Source: Camelus dromedarius
Lineage: Eukaryota
Assembly: GCF_036321535.1 (NCBI RefSeq)
Contig: NC_087436.1
Coordinates: 57,476,001 to 57,540,000 of the forward strand
Direction: 5' to 3'
Length of the DNA stretch: 64,000 nucleotides
In this document: positions 1 through 12,864 of the stretch, piece by piece
Numbering within the stretch: the stretch's first letter is position 1
How the letters are laid out: each line of letters begins with the position of its first letter
Position numbers and translations under genes: made by a program
The notes under the pieces: generated by a model
The model's input: the letters and a program-made list of their open reading frames with translations, nothing else
Database searches by the model: none
Told to the model about the DNA's origin: nothing

Positions 1-123
1 CATAGGGTTGAAGAAGACGTAAGGGAAGGCAGGAGAAAGGACAGCTAGAAGGGGTGGGGTCTCTAGTTGACGCCCTGAGGTGGGATCTACCCCTCATAGA
101 TTTTAAAAAGCAATACAACTAGA

Positions 124-250
124 GGGGAATGTATAGCTCAGTGGCAGAGCATGTGCTTAGCACGCACAAGGTCCTGGGTTCAATCCCTGATCCCTCCACT
201 AAAAATAAACAAACAAACTTAATTATCTCCCTCCCACCAAACCAAACAAA
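124..250 (+). mobile_element. tRNA-derived SINE, Vic-1-like (camelid)
   Basis: A box tagctcagtgg, B box ggttcaatcc, A-rich tail. Diverged TSD aaaaagcaatacaactaga (105-123) / aaaaagcagtagaaccaga (250-268) at a tttt/aaaa L1-endonuclease site. Confidence 0.85.
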
Positions 251-1386
251 AAAAGCAGTAGAACCAGACAAAGATGGAGTTTGATCATACAAAAATAGTC
301 TAAGATTTCATGGTGTACTTCATGAGTTTTGTTAACTGCTGCTTCTTGAAGGCATTTGAATGTGCAACCCCTGTGGACTGTTGCTTCACAAAAGATTAAA
401 ATATCCAAGGTTGTTTGTAATTGAATGTCTGTGGCTTGTTTCATATATGGGTTGGTCTTGTTCAAAAGACAGCTCAAAGATTTGGACAAGATCTATCTCT
501 ATTCATTAGAATTACGTGGAATGGCTCCACTGGCAAGGCATGACGGGTAAAAAGAAAAGAGGACATGGTTAGTGAAAACATCAAGGTGACCGTGAGACGT
601 TTGTGTTACATGTTACTTAACATGTAGGTCTGTCATGATGCAAAGATGATAAAATAGGTATGAAAGCACAGTCTTGGAATAAAAAGCTTCCGTACAAATG
701 CAGGCTATGGCAACAATTGTGACGTTTTTGTATTCTTTGACACTGAGACAGGAAAGAAAGGTTTTGACATAATCCCTTAAGTCAAATATGGGCAACTAAA
801 ATAATTTTCTTCCTAACGTAAAGTATTTGTAGTAGATTTTCCACATTCTTTGGGTGCTTCTAGTATATACAGGAGTTCCTGATGTAGGGAAGCACTACAG
901 AATAAAAATGATAGTATCAATTTTAATGAAAAAAGCTGATTAGCTGACACCCCTGTTCAGTCTACTCTCTCGGGTTCGTCATCTATATGACAAATACAAG
1001 GAGGTGATGCTGCTGCTATTTGCCAAGCTGCCAGTTGTACAAACGCCAGTGTGTAGTGTACTTCTGTCTCTTCACATTTCTCATCAAAGCTGAAAGTAAT
1101 TTAAACCAGTTCTTCTGCTGATAAATAGTATTCTCAGCTATTTACAGGTATTACACAAAATCATTACAGAGCTTCATTCAATACAGAGATGATTTCAGGT
1201 ATGAAGCTTTAATTCTGCAGTCTCATCATCCTCTGATAGTCAACATTTTTTAAAAAGGGGGCTACTAAAGAAAAATAGATGCTAGTTGTTTATTTTTCAA
1301 GCTGATGTGAGAAGAGGACTGTGCCCCTCAGCCAACACGGTCCCCGTGTGAAGTAAACAGAACATCCACAGATCGGTGAGACAGCC

Positions 1387-1418
1387 GCAGTGGAGGGACC
1401 AGCACAGCAGGTGGCAGA
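1387..1418 (+). promoter_or_regulatory. Candidate CTCF site
   Basis: acagcaggtggcag (1404-1417) against CCASYAGRKGGCRS, one mismatch; gcagt 12 nt upstream. Motif match only. Confidence 0.35.
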
Positions 1419-1716
1419 ATAATGGGGAAAAGGTTGGGATTTTGCCCAGACTGAAGAACTCGAAAGAGACTTCAGTCCATAGTAGCATATTTTCCTCCCC
1501 AGGGTAAAATATTTAACAATAATGAGTCCTAAAATTAGAAAAAAGTATTTTGGGGACTCAGTGGTAAATGCATGAAATAACTTATGATGGTAGCTGTGGA
1601 ATAGTGAATATTTGTGGAGCCTGAGGTCAGCGTAGAAACAGAGCCTGGCATAGTGCACCTCTAAATACTTCAAGTCATAAGTCAAGCTACCAGATTTTAA
1701 AACCTGTTCTTCAACT

Positions 1717-2154
1717 GCAGCTTCACGACCCCCTTCTCTTTCCACTTCTAGCTCTTCTGCACCGTGAGGACCTTGCCCATGTGCATGCAGTCCTTCCTGT
1801 CAGGTGCACACCCACACTCTATTCATCCACACCCCACAGACAGTGTCCCTTGGCCACCCTTGGGCTAGGGAGTTAAACCAGTGGTATGGTTCCCTCTCAG
1901 AGAATGGACTGGAGACAAGTGGCTATGGGTCCAGAAAATGGGATTGGGACAGTTTGGATAAATAATTATGGGGTCTGGATCCTTGGAATATGGTTTAGAA
2001 GGAGTGCATAGGCTCCTGGTGGACAGGTCCCCTTGACTCTGTAAACTCTTCTCCTGGTGGGAAGGAAGGTGGCAAAAAGAAGGCCAGAAGGGGGACTTGA
2101 AAGAGCAGGGCTCAGGGCAGGGTTCCTTCTTGCTTGGGCTTAAGGATGGTGCTG
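1717..2154 (-). mobile_element. MER115/Zaphod-like hAT-Tip100 DNA transposon fragment
   Basis: Reverse complement begins cagcaccatccttaagcccaagcaagaaggaaccctgccctgagccc and follows the recalled MER115 consensus, with CpG decay, for about 440 bp. Confidence 0.65.
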
Positions 2155-2194
2155 CTCTGATACATTTTAAGAAGAGCTAATATATACTTATTCC

Positions 2195-2390
2195 TTACAT
2201 TTAGCTTTCACGTTCTTAATCTCACTGGACTTTGACAAATACTTCTGTGAGGCAGAAAGGAATTATTACTATAATTTTACAGACGTAGAAACCACGTCTC
2301 AGAGAAACCAAATGATGTATCAAGGCCCACAGCTATTACAGCGCAGTGGCAGAACTCATGTCCTTGTGTAGGATTCTCTCCATTGTACTG
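2195..2390 (-). mobile_element. MIR SINE
   Basis: Core-like attttacagacgtagaaaccacgtctcagaga...caaggcccacagcta. Confidence 0.7.
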
Positions 2391-3149
2391 CCCTGGGCAG
2401 AGGCAGGCCGAGTCTTTAACTGGCCTCAATGCGATGTAGTCAACATAGAGCTCATGTCCTAAGACTTCTGAATACTTAAAATGGGGGGGGGGGGAGGGGA
2501 AGCCTTTTGGAGAACATATCTAACTTTCTTAGGCTGGCATGATTAAAGGAAAATCCTTCCATATACATCAAATTGTCTAGGTCTAAAATTTGGACATAAG
2601 CCATCCTCCTCACTACACAGGGTTTTAGAACTTCACTCCATTTACAGTGGTTTCTGCAGCAGCAAACACAGTGGGGCACTCTGACCCCAGTTCTATGATA
2701 CCCTTTTGCCAGTCTCAGAGTCTTCCCTATAAAAGACTCCGAAGTATAGTTTCAAATTTGGGGTGTATTTGCCTCAGATACTTTGATTTTTTTCACCCTA
2801 GTTTCCGTGACAAAACTGAAACCAAAATCAAAGTAATTGTCTTCTATTCTTATCTTGATATCCCTCTCAGGTCTCAGTACTCATATATTCATGTATACTC
2901 TTGTAGAAAGATTGATTATAAAGCAAATGCACACTGGGCTTCCTTCATCAAAGTCTGGTCTGTCTGAAAGATTCTGATTCTTACTAAGTTTTTCATACTG
3001 TTTGTTCTAAATGTGTGGTTAGAGCGACGTTCAAATGACATTAGTGGTGAATTCTTCTAAGAATGAAATCTAGGTGGAAAATGAGTATATTTAAAATAAA
3101 CACAAATAGACTTGTTTTTAGTAGAAACATGTGGATGAATTGCCTAGTA

Positions 3150-3646
3150 CTCAAGGTTGCCATTATGGGTCAACCTGACTAGCCATGGGGTGCCCAGATT
3201 AAACATTCTTTCTGAGTGTATTGAGCGTGTTTCTGGATGGGATTAGCATTTGAGCCAGTGGATTCAGTAAAGCAGATGGCCCTCCCCAATGTGGGTGGCA
3301 TCATCCAATCCACTGAAAGTCTGAATAGAACAAAAAGGCAGAGGAAGAAGGAATTTGCCTTTGTTCCTGCCTCATTGCTTGAGCCAGGACATCTCATATC
3401 ATCTTTTCCTGCCCTTGGACTGGGATTTACACCGCTGGGTCTCCTGGTTCTCAGGCTTTTGAACTTGGACTGAATTACACTACTGACTTTCCTGAGTCTA
3501 CAGTTTGCAGAGGGCAGATATTGTGGCTTCTTAGTCGCCACCACTGCCTGAGCCTATTCTTCATAATCTCTCACATATGTAACTGTAACTCTCTCTATAT
3601 ATATTTAAATAAAATCAGTTCTGTCTCTCTGGAGAACCCTAATACA
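3150..3646 (+). mobile_element. MLT2 (MLT2C/D-like) ERVL solo LTR
   Basis: gggtgcccagattaaacatt...gtaaagcagatggccctccccaatgtgggtgg...tgaatagaacaaaaaggc; ends tctctggagaaccctaataca. Accounts for ORFs 3179-3544 and 3237-3473. Confidence 0.85.
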
Positions 3647-5599
3647 CCAGCTGTCCCCTTGCCTCCAGGGGCAGATCCAAAAGTACTTAGAACTCTGAAT
3701 GTTATATGGAAGTATCACTGTAACCCACTTATTAAACAAGCAAGTCATTCAGCTCCTGGAATGCCACAGTTTTGTTTTTGATAAATCGTAAAGCAAGGTC
3801 TTATGGGGCCAGGATTTTTTATGAGGTGCAAATGGGGTTTGGTGATGGTTTGGCCACTACTGATGGTTGTTATTCTCTTTATTAGTGTGTTAGATACCAT
3901 ATCATTTTTGTTGCTCCCTTTTGGGTCTTTGTTACTGGGCAGGAAACAGTTTTATACTGAGACATGAATTCATTATAGGATTTCACTTTCCTTAAATTCA
4001 GCTTAGTATCACCTTGGGTCTCAGGGTTCATAGAGATAGTCTCCTGACATAATCAGGTATTAAGGCTGAGAAGAACAAAACCATATCATCATTGGCTCTA
4101 ATAAACAATCGTTCCAGAATTGTAACTAGCCCAAGGGAAGAATGGTTTATGATAACTGCTGTAAATGTAAAAAAAATCATCATTTTTGGCTAGCTTTACT
4201 GGTTTATATGCAAAAACTCTACGTGACTCTAATCACTACGGTAACATTTTGCCACTAATTTATCCTGGAGAGTTCATCAAAAAGTTATACTGCTAGAAAT
4301 TAGATGTTTCATTGGGATTTGAAAACAGTCACAATAGCCAATTAGTGACTAGCGCTTTGAAAAATTTCCAGCTCCAAATAATCTTCAAATTTTATTGTAG
4401 TGATTTTCTCATGTGCATGTGCAACAGAGGAGGTGGAGGGAGGGTGGGAGCCCAGTGGAAGTAATGTGGAGTGGAAACAGAAAAATTCTGAGTAGTAATA
4501 ACTTCAAACTACATATACCACCTGGAGAAACTGATTTATGCCCTCTCCACCCACCGTCTTGAAAATCATTACATGAAATAAAAATGTAACCGGTGGGAGT
4601 GTTATGTGAATGTTGTGCAAGGGAATGAAGTGAAGTAGACGAAGTTCTAACTTTGAGGTTAAATTGAAATTCAGCCAGCTCAAAGGCTGAATATATTATA
4701 GTTTCATTATTATTATTATTACTATTTACTTTAATGACAGTGTAGTTAATTTCATGCATATCACTAAAATTTTTTCAAAATATGTAGGAATTTCAGCAGA
4801 GTTCCAAAATAAGTCTGGTAACATATTATTTCTAATGATAATGATAATAATTTATTGTAGTATACATTATGCAAAGAAAGCTATTTTAAATATGAAAAGA
4901 CAAGAATATTTTTGCCACCAGAAATTTTCAGAAGATTGACTATTTAATGCTCAGAGACATATTTTCCATGCATGATTATAAGGTTCTAATATATGACTCC
5001 ATCATAAACACATTTTTTCATATAGAAAGCATATTTAGAAACATGACCACCACATTAACTCAGAGGCTATATCTGTATGTCTCACATTATCTTTGAAATT
5101 TTTTCTCATTAGAAAATGCTATGTAATAGTGGAAAGGTAGTGGCAATAAAATATGACACACTATAATAAAATGGGATATGTGTAACATAATACAAAACAA
5201 ATTCTCATAATAAATGCATTAGGCCTTCACTCACTGGGGTTTCACTCACTGAACACTCCAAACTGTTTTGTACTTGCTATAGAAACAGAAGTTAGCCAAA
5301 AAAAGGCCCCAAATGGTCAAAACAGATGTCACAAGTAAATATGCAAAGCTCATAAACTAGGAACGTGTCCTTAATCTTACTTTATTTCTCCTTATTTTGA
5401 CAAAACTTTTACAAATGTATTCTATTATTTTTTAATGGCACATATCTTTCTCCATGGGAGATGCACTACAAACAACTCTGCTTTGAATTTTTCCCTGGTG
5501 CACTGGTACTGAGCCCTGCAGTTGTCTCAGGCCATCCCACGTTGGCAAGGCCAAGGAGAAACACATCACATTGTCCACAGAACAAAATGCTATTCATCG

Positions 5600-5745
5600 C
5601 AATTCTCACACAGAATTGTAATTACCTTTTCATATCTCTATTTTTTCTTGCTCTTTAAAGGTTGAGACAATGTTTTATTTATCTTTGAAACCTAGCACTT
5701 CGTACAGTGCCTAATACGTAGTATATCCTCAATTAATATTTGCTA
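5600..5745 (+). mobile_element. L2 3' fragment
   Basis: tttatctttgaaacctagcac...acagtgcctaatacgtagt...ctcaattaatatttg resembles the L2 3' terminus. Confidence 0.5.
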
Positions 5746-6909
5746 AGATAAACTGCATTTGAAATAGCATAATATAACAGGGAGTGTTGAAACGGGAGGT
5801 GGCAATAGGAATTATAAAAAGTGAGGGTAAACAGTCTGATAGCAAAGAAGAACCTATATGAAAATCAGATAATAGAACTCAAAGGTCATTGAGTGCAGGA
5901 GAGAGTAATTATATGTACATCTCACTAATACCTAACGGTATCATAGTATTAAAGCACAGTGAAAGAATACATTTTCATAATGATCATCCCAGATTAAAAT
6001 ACTCTGTTTATAAAGGCAGAGAAGTGTGTAATATTTGAGGAGAAAGCTTTAGGTATATGAAAAATTATAAAAATTACCTGATTGTGGCAGAATACTAAAA
6101 CATTACAGAGCTATTATCGGCTACAGTTAATGCATAACAATTCATCATGTCTCTGGTTCATATAAGAATAAAGAGAAAAATGTTAATTTTTTAAGCATCT
6201 AAGGTTTAAGGAAACACCTTAGAGATAATAAAGGTGAAAGACATTGCTACAGTTGATCATCTTGAAAAGAAATAGGCATACAACATACCACTGTTTTAAA
6301 TCACTCAGAAATACTTGGAACCCGTCTCAAAGCACTGTGCTAGTCTTACATGGAATTATATTAAATCTTATTTCACATGGTGAATTTAAACAAAAGAAAC
6401 AGTGGCTATGTGACTCAACAAATTCAGTTCCTCAATCTCATCTCTGTCATAGAATAGAAGCTATTATATTTATATGAGAATGTTACTTTGTAAGTTTTAT
6501 GGCTAAAATCTTTATCAGTATATTCATGTAAGACCTGGTAAAAGAGTGCATTTTCAGGAAACAGAAGTAACGGTGATTTACTTTCATAGCACCTATCTGG
6601 TGGCAGACAGATGGTTTATCCTAGGACTCTTGATTCTTAAAGCCACCGCTCCCTATGAAGCCCATCTCAGCAGGCTTCTCTTTTGATCATTTAAGCTCAT
6701 AAAAGGTACTTCATGTTAGAATTATGCTTCTTCAAAGGCAGTAGATATAAGTCTTCTCCAAAGGTGTTTCCTCCTGCTTATCACTTAAGGCCAAGAAAAG
6801 CATAGATTAAAAAAAAAAAAAAAGAGGACGGAAATCTAACATAAAATAATGGGAACCTGGATGTACTTGGTCAAATGGTTCCACTAGCTAGTTGTTATGT
6901 CACATTAGC

Positions 6910-7220
6910 TTTGTGCTTCAAAATCAGTTCAAGCACATCATTTCTTTCAAACAGCCTTTCCCTTTGCTTCTCAACCTGATTTAGATGCTCTTCTTCTCTG
7001 TTCTGTTTAAAAACCCATGGATACCCCTGACTGAACTCTTACCATGATATAATGAGTTGTTTTATTTATTTTTCTTTTCAATCACTTGGAATAGGCTAAT
7101 TGGAGGCAAGAGTAATCCTATTTGTCTTTGTATTTCTGGATCCTAGGAAAGAAACCATCACATAATAGGTTTGCAATAGATGTGTGTTGAATTCATAAGT
7201 CAATTACTAACTGATGAATG
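6910..7220 (+). mobile_element. L2 3' fragment
   Basis: cttcaaaatcagttcaagcacatc...tttgtctttgtatttc...cataataggtttgcaatagatgtgtgttgaat. Confidence 0.55.
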
Positions 7221-9017
7221 AAAAGTTTATTTCATCACGAATAAAATTAAAACACCTGATACCAACCTAAAATTTGACAGTGATTTAAAGAAGTGTTCTA
7301 ATAGTTAAAAATAATTTCATAATAACTTTGTTTCTTTCCTTCTTTCTTACATTAATGCTGTAGGTCCATTTTTAAAGGTAGCTGTTTTGGGGGGAAGCTT
7401 CTGGAAACGCTGTTAGGAAGCGATCTTAGTCATCTGGGAGACTACTCAGTCTTATTCTTTTCATTGTCTCATTCAGGTGAGATCCAGGGAGTCCTCAACC
7501 AAGGGTGTAAGTAACTGAAAGCTGAGGTCTACGATAAGGCAGGAAAACGATATTGACATCACAGTGCACTGACAGTGCCTTACCAGTAGCCCTACCCTGT
7601 TGCTGTCCTCTGAACTTACCTTCTAGCTGCCACATATAATTAATTCAAGAAACAGCATTTCTTGTGTGGCTTCCATATGCAGGGCACTGTTCTAGGTGCT
7701 TAACGTATTTACTGTACTCTTCAATTCACCCAAACTCCAGAGAAAAAGAACCTCTGAAACTCTTTAGCTGCTCAGATACCACTCTGAAAAATATAACTAC
7801 CATTACAGTATATATGTCACATAACATACTAATTATTTACCTTTGAGTTTTTCCTTCCATACTTTAAGCTCCTCTAAGCAAACTGTTATGTATGAATTCA
7901 CTGCATTCCTAAATCCAAATTCATTAAAAGTCATATAGAAGATGCTCAAACTTCTTGCATTACTGAAACTGTGTCTGGTAGCAAAAAAACTGATGTGGAC
8001 TGTTACGCGAGAACAATGCTGACAATGAAGACGTAGCAGATAAAAAATAAAGACATTAAGAAAAGAAATATATTATCTCAACAGACATTGCTGACTATCA
8101 ATTACATACAAAGAATTCTGGGAAATGAAACATAGGCCAGTTACTGTGCCTGCCTGTTGGGGGCTTATGGTCAAGCAAGGACACGCACACAAGTACTACA
8201 TTATAAGGTTTACTCTGTTACACGCAGTAGGGCTGAGTGAGTGCAGAACACAATGACTCTAAGGAAGAAACAGTTATTAGAAACGAACCTTGGAAACTGA
8301 GTAAAACTTTATATGGGGGAGAGATAGAGATGTTTCAGAAAGGGAGTATTAAAAAACATAGTGACATGTAAATTCAGAGGGTACCTCAAAAGTAGGGTTG
8401 AGGGGAAAACAGATGTGACCATGGTAGATGAAGATGGGCATTTAAGGGGGCAGACCTATAAGAAGATACAAAAAATGTGGTACATTCAAATAATGAATGT
8501 AAAACTCAGAGCACTCAGACCTATCAAAACTAGCTTTAAAAGGTACTTTGCTGGCACCTGACTTAGGTGCTAAGTATAACAAAGAACTGATTTTGAGGTG
8601 ATGGAGCACACTGGAAGCGAGGCAGTTCTTACTGCTGTCTGTGGACTAGCTTTGTGAGAAGACTGGAGGACAGGTGTATAAAAAAACCCCACCTTAAAGA
8701 GAGCGGAAGAATGTCTTGTGAAAAGCGGGGAGGATGAGTGAGGTAAGGACCTAGTGAGGTGCAGTTTGAGGAAACTCATAAGTAGGAAACGTGGGCAGCT
8801 GACAGGCCCTGATGTTGGAGATGGAGTGACTGAGCCCAAATCAAAACCCACTACTGTCTGTCAGGGAAGTGTGTCAGGTTGGTCTGTCCTTCTGAGAATA
8901 AAGATGTTTATTCAGTTTTTAATTCAGGACAGTTCTAACATGTACCCCACATACAATAATAATCTATTTAAAAGTAAACAAGATATTTAGGAAGGAGAGT
9001 GTAAATTAATAATTTTG

Positions 9018-9055
9018 CTTTTTAATTGAGGTTTAGTTGATTTACAATGTGGTGT
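9018..9055 (-). mobile_element. 38-bp L1 3'-terminal stub with perfect 16-bp TSD
   Basis: ctttttaattgaggtttagttgatttacaatgtggtgt resembles the reverse complement of the laurasiatherian L1 3' end. Flanked by taaattaataattttg at 9002-9017 and 9056-9071. Confidence 0.8.
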
Positions 9056-9496
9056 TAAATTAATAATTTTGGAGAAAATGAAACAAATAAATTACAATAG
9101 TATCTTGATGCCTTGATGATCTGAGGCACTATATAAATTCCAAAAGAGTAAAACTAAGCATGCATTTAGTGGTTTGTACAAAAGTTTACCAGACTGATTG
9201 ATGCTTTAGCTTTCTGGCCAAGTGATGAGGAAAAAAAAAAACAACCCTAAAACACCCATGAAAGAGCATAGCATACTGTGAATAATAAAGCCAGAAAAGG
9301 AGCTAAAAAGTAAAGGACAAATTGCTATGAGGAACATGGGTACTGGACGATATGGGATGAGATCTCCTTTCTTAAGTGTTTAATTAGAATTCATCTCATT
9401 CAGACAAAATCCTAGAAAATTTTCTGCAAATAACTCTCACAGTACTATAAGAAACCTCACATCTAATCTCACGAAGATTATGATAAATCCCATTAA

Positions 9497-9521
9497 TCAC
9501 ACACACACACACAGACACACA
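9497..9521. repeat. (CA)n microsatellite, interrupted
   Basis: CA run with one GA interruption. Confidence 0.85.
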
Positions 9522-9529
9522 CGTTGTTT

Positions 9530-9740
9530 TGTTTTAGCGTCTGTTAAAATTTGTGTTTTAGGTACTTTATATCTGCTCTTCGCTGAATCCTCACGATAAC
9601 TAGTTTACACGTTGGGTTCTATTATCCTCATGATATGGGTAAGGAAATTGAGCCTCTGAAGAGCTGAGCTAATACTGAACATCATATAATGAGCAGCAGA
9701 GTGATAGTAGATCTGACCCAAATCACCAAAGCCTCAAAGG
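9530..9740 (-). mobile_element. MIR SINE
   Basis: aatcctcacgataac...tattatcctcatga...gtaaggaaattgagcctctga. Confidence 0.6.
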
Positions 9741-9789
9741 TCATATTTTCCAGGACTGATTTCTCTATTTTCATGTCTTCATCTGCCTC

Positions 9790-11240
9790 AATATGTACCT
9801 CCTATAGGTTTCCCATCCCATTAAATGACAACTCTACTGTCTGGTTGTTCAGACCACCAGCCTTGGAGTCATACTTGACTCTTCCCTTTCTTTCAAACCT
9901 CACATCTAATCTGTTAGCAAGTTCTGTCTTATCTGTTCAGAATGGGACCACTTCATATACCCTTTGCTCCGCCATTATGGCCCAAGTCACAATCACATGT
10001 TACACAAGCTTTCCTAATTGGTCTCCTTGCTTCCACTTTGTCCACTATCATTTGCCACAACCAAGCATTCACTGTGATCTTTTTAAACCTTGATTCAGAC
10101 AGCACTATTTCTCTGCTCAAAGCTTTCTAATGTCCTTCCATCTCATTCAAATTAAAACTAAAGTCCATATTATCCAGCAATTCCACTTCTAGGTATTTAT
10201 CTGAAGAAAATCAAAACACTAACTTGAAAGATATCTGCACCTCCTTGTTCACTGCAGCTTTATTTACAATAGCCAAGATGTGAAAGCAATCTAAGTGTTC
10301 CCCAATGGATAAGTGGATAAAGAAAATATCATATCAGCCATAAAAAGAATGAAATCTTGTCATTAATGATAACATGGATGGATCTTGAGAGCATTAGGCT
10401 GAATGAAATAAGTCAGATAGAGAAAGACAGATACTATATGATCTCACTTATTATGGAATCTAAAAAAAAAAAAGAAACAAAAAAGCAAAACAAAAAACTG
10501 AGCGCATGGATTCAGAGAACAGAGCAAATCGGTAGTTGCCAGAGGTGGGGGATGGGGGGTGAGATGGGTGAAGGGGGTCAAGAGGTACAAATATCCAATT
10601 ATAAAGTAAATGTCATGGGGATGTGATGTGTGGCATCATGACTACAGTTAATAGGAATGTTTTGTATATTTGAAAGTTGCTAAGATAGCAGATCTTAAGA
10701 GTTCTCATCCCAAGGAAAAAATTCTGCAACTATGTGTGGTGATGGATGTTAACTAGACTTTGGTCATCATTTTGCAGTATATACATATACTGGACCATGC
10801 TGTACATCTGAAACTAATATGTCAATTATGTCTCAATAAAAAAAGATTAAAAAAAGCAAAGACATTGGCTTATAAAGTTGTATGTGACCTGGCCCTGGGC
10901 TACCTCTTTGACTGCAGCTCCCACCACTTCCCCTCTTACTTGCTGGGCTCTACACCTGTACTACTCCTTGAGCATGCTAATTATGCCCATTTCAGGGCCT
11001 CTGCATTGCCAGTCCTTCCGTCTGAAATGTTCTTCCCAAGATATCTACATGGCTTGTTCCTTCACCGCCTTCAGGTTTCTGCTGGCCTGTCACTTAGACA
11101 GTCTATCCTCGACCACTCTATGCAAATGATTAACCACTGACCCACATCCCACCCAACTCATTTTCCCCCTTATCTTGATTATTGTCCTTCATAGCATGAG
11201 AATGCAGGTTCCATCAAAGTAGGATTTTTTTGGTCAGAAA
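9790..11240 (+). mobile_element. L2 fragment interrupted by an L1 at about 10166-10855
   Basis: L2 motifs ccttggagtcatacttgactctt and ttcctaattggtctccttgcttcc before the L1; resumes with tatgtgacctggccctgg...tcagggcctctgcattgc after it. Confidence 0.7.
10166..10855 (+). mobile_element. 5'-truncated L1 (L1MA9-like ORF2 end plus 3' UTR)
   Basis: tatccagcaattccacttctaggtatttatc...tttatttacaatagccaagat...gaaagttgctaaga...tcaattatgtctcaataaaaaa. ORF 10357-10626 (WMDLESIRLNEISQ) is L1-derived. Confidence 0.9.
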
Positions 11241-12864
11241 TATTTGTAATATTTGATATATGAAAAAGGGTTATCACAAATAGCCTAGACCAAAGCAGTC
11301 TTTCAGATCTTCTCAGTGGGACACCATACATAACTACTTCATATATAAGAAAAATTTTACGTGAGACCAATAATACCTTAGAGTTTTAGATTGCCTTCTT
11401 GAAATACAGGCTCAGGGAAACTGAGGAAAGAGATTTTCTAGCCAAAAATTAAGTAATATGAATAATGACACATATAAAATATTTACAGACTGAGGTCTAC
11501 ATAAATGCCCCTCCTATCATGAAGCCTTTCTTTCTAGAGTCCTCTATCTCCTTGGTATTCCAGTAACGCATTATCTACGTTTTATGGCTCTTACTTCAGG
11601 GTCATATTATATTTCTATACATGTATATATGTATGTATATGAGTCTGCCAGACCGCATACCTGTTCAAGTCCTTCACACAAAAAGGCTGCCAGCAGAAGC
11701 AGACAGAAGCGCTGCTCTCACACAGCATCCAAGTGTAACCCAGCTCAGGAGAGCAGCATTCTCACCTGGGCTGCAGCATGGCTCCAGGGTAGTGAGGGCT
11801 GTGGGAAAACTGGCTCTGCTTTGACTTTCAAGTGATGACACCCTTGGTGTCATGTGTGTTGATGTGTGTTTTTATGGTTGAGCTTGGGCAGCCAAAATGC
11901 TACCTTCAAATGGTTTTGGGGACACTAGCAGATGCAATATCTTGAGAGGACTCTTCATGAGCACACAAAATAACCCACCTAAGGAATCCCATAAAATAAC
12001 AGTGTGAAACATTGAAGGGAGGCTGCGGGTCCTAAGTTCTGTGGGGCACTGAGTTAGTGAATTTGAAGTTCCTAAAGATGGTGTGGCCTTGCTGACACCT
12101 CCCAGTTGGTGAGATCCAGAGAAACTTGGATTATAATAGCATGAGAAAACCACCTGATGGTAAAACTCAGAACTAGCCTTCATACCAAACCAAACCATCT
12201 GTTTCAAAGTTTGCCTCGTAGTTGTTCCATTTATCTGTGGCTGTCTATGGCAACGTGCTAAAGCACCACGAGTTCTCTCTCTGTATCTGTTTAGGGCAGA
12301 GAGAGACATGCTTGTAAGGGACTTGCCTTTTATTAATGGAGATTGCTTCCTGATTTAGTACTTAAATCAAGCTGTGTTCTCAGTTAGTTAAATGAAATAG
12401 TTCATGTTTTGCGGGCAGTGTAGCTAGACTCTAATTGTTTTGTTTTCTAAGGAAAAGCACTCTTCTTTTCCTTCATGAGGGATTTATTTGATTTGATACT
12501 ATTGGACAAAGAAATTACAGAGACAACACTTTTTTGAGTGAGTAGAGTTTTTTTTCAAAAAAAAGTTATTTTTAAATCTAATATCAACTCTCATGCTACT
12601 AAAAACATTGTTGTCAATGTGAAAAATGAAGAGATTTGCTATTCCTCTCTTTTCAAGACAGCTTGAAAACACCCTGCTACCTTTTCCCAATTAGATTTCA
12701 AGCCTTGCTGAGCCTGAGCAAGACTTTTGAGCTCTGCCTCTCTCACTGTTAATTTATCTGTTTTGAAGAAATATTCTCAGGAGCTTTCTTTAGCAGCAGA
12801 TTAAGGGAGAGCTTACCCTACGGCAAAAAAGAAAATCACTGAAAACTCCAAGAGATTTTTAATT

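Noticed and set aside
124..200. tRNA gene calls for the tRNA-like heads here and at 31190, 54420 and 58095
   Set aside because: Each has the shared SINE tail, three have TSDs, and the copies are mutated; they are SINEs, not tRNA genes.
1290..1745. 151-aa minus-strand ORF
   Set aside because: GTG start inside the MER115-like fragment, no recognisable homology or exon structure.
11872..12309. 145-aa minus-strand ORF
   Set aside because: No recognisable homology; compatible with a chance ORF.
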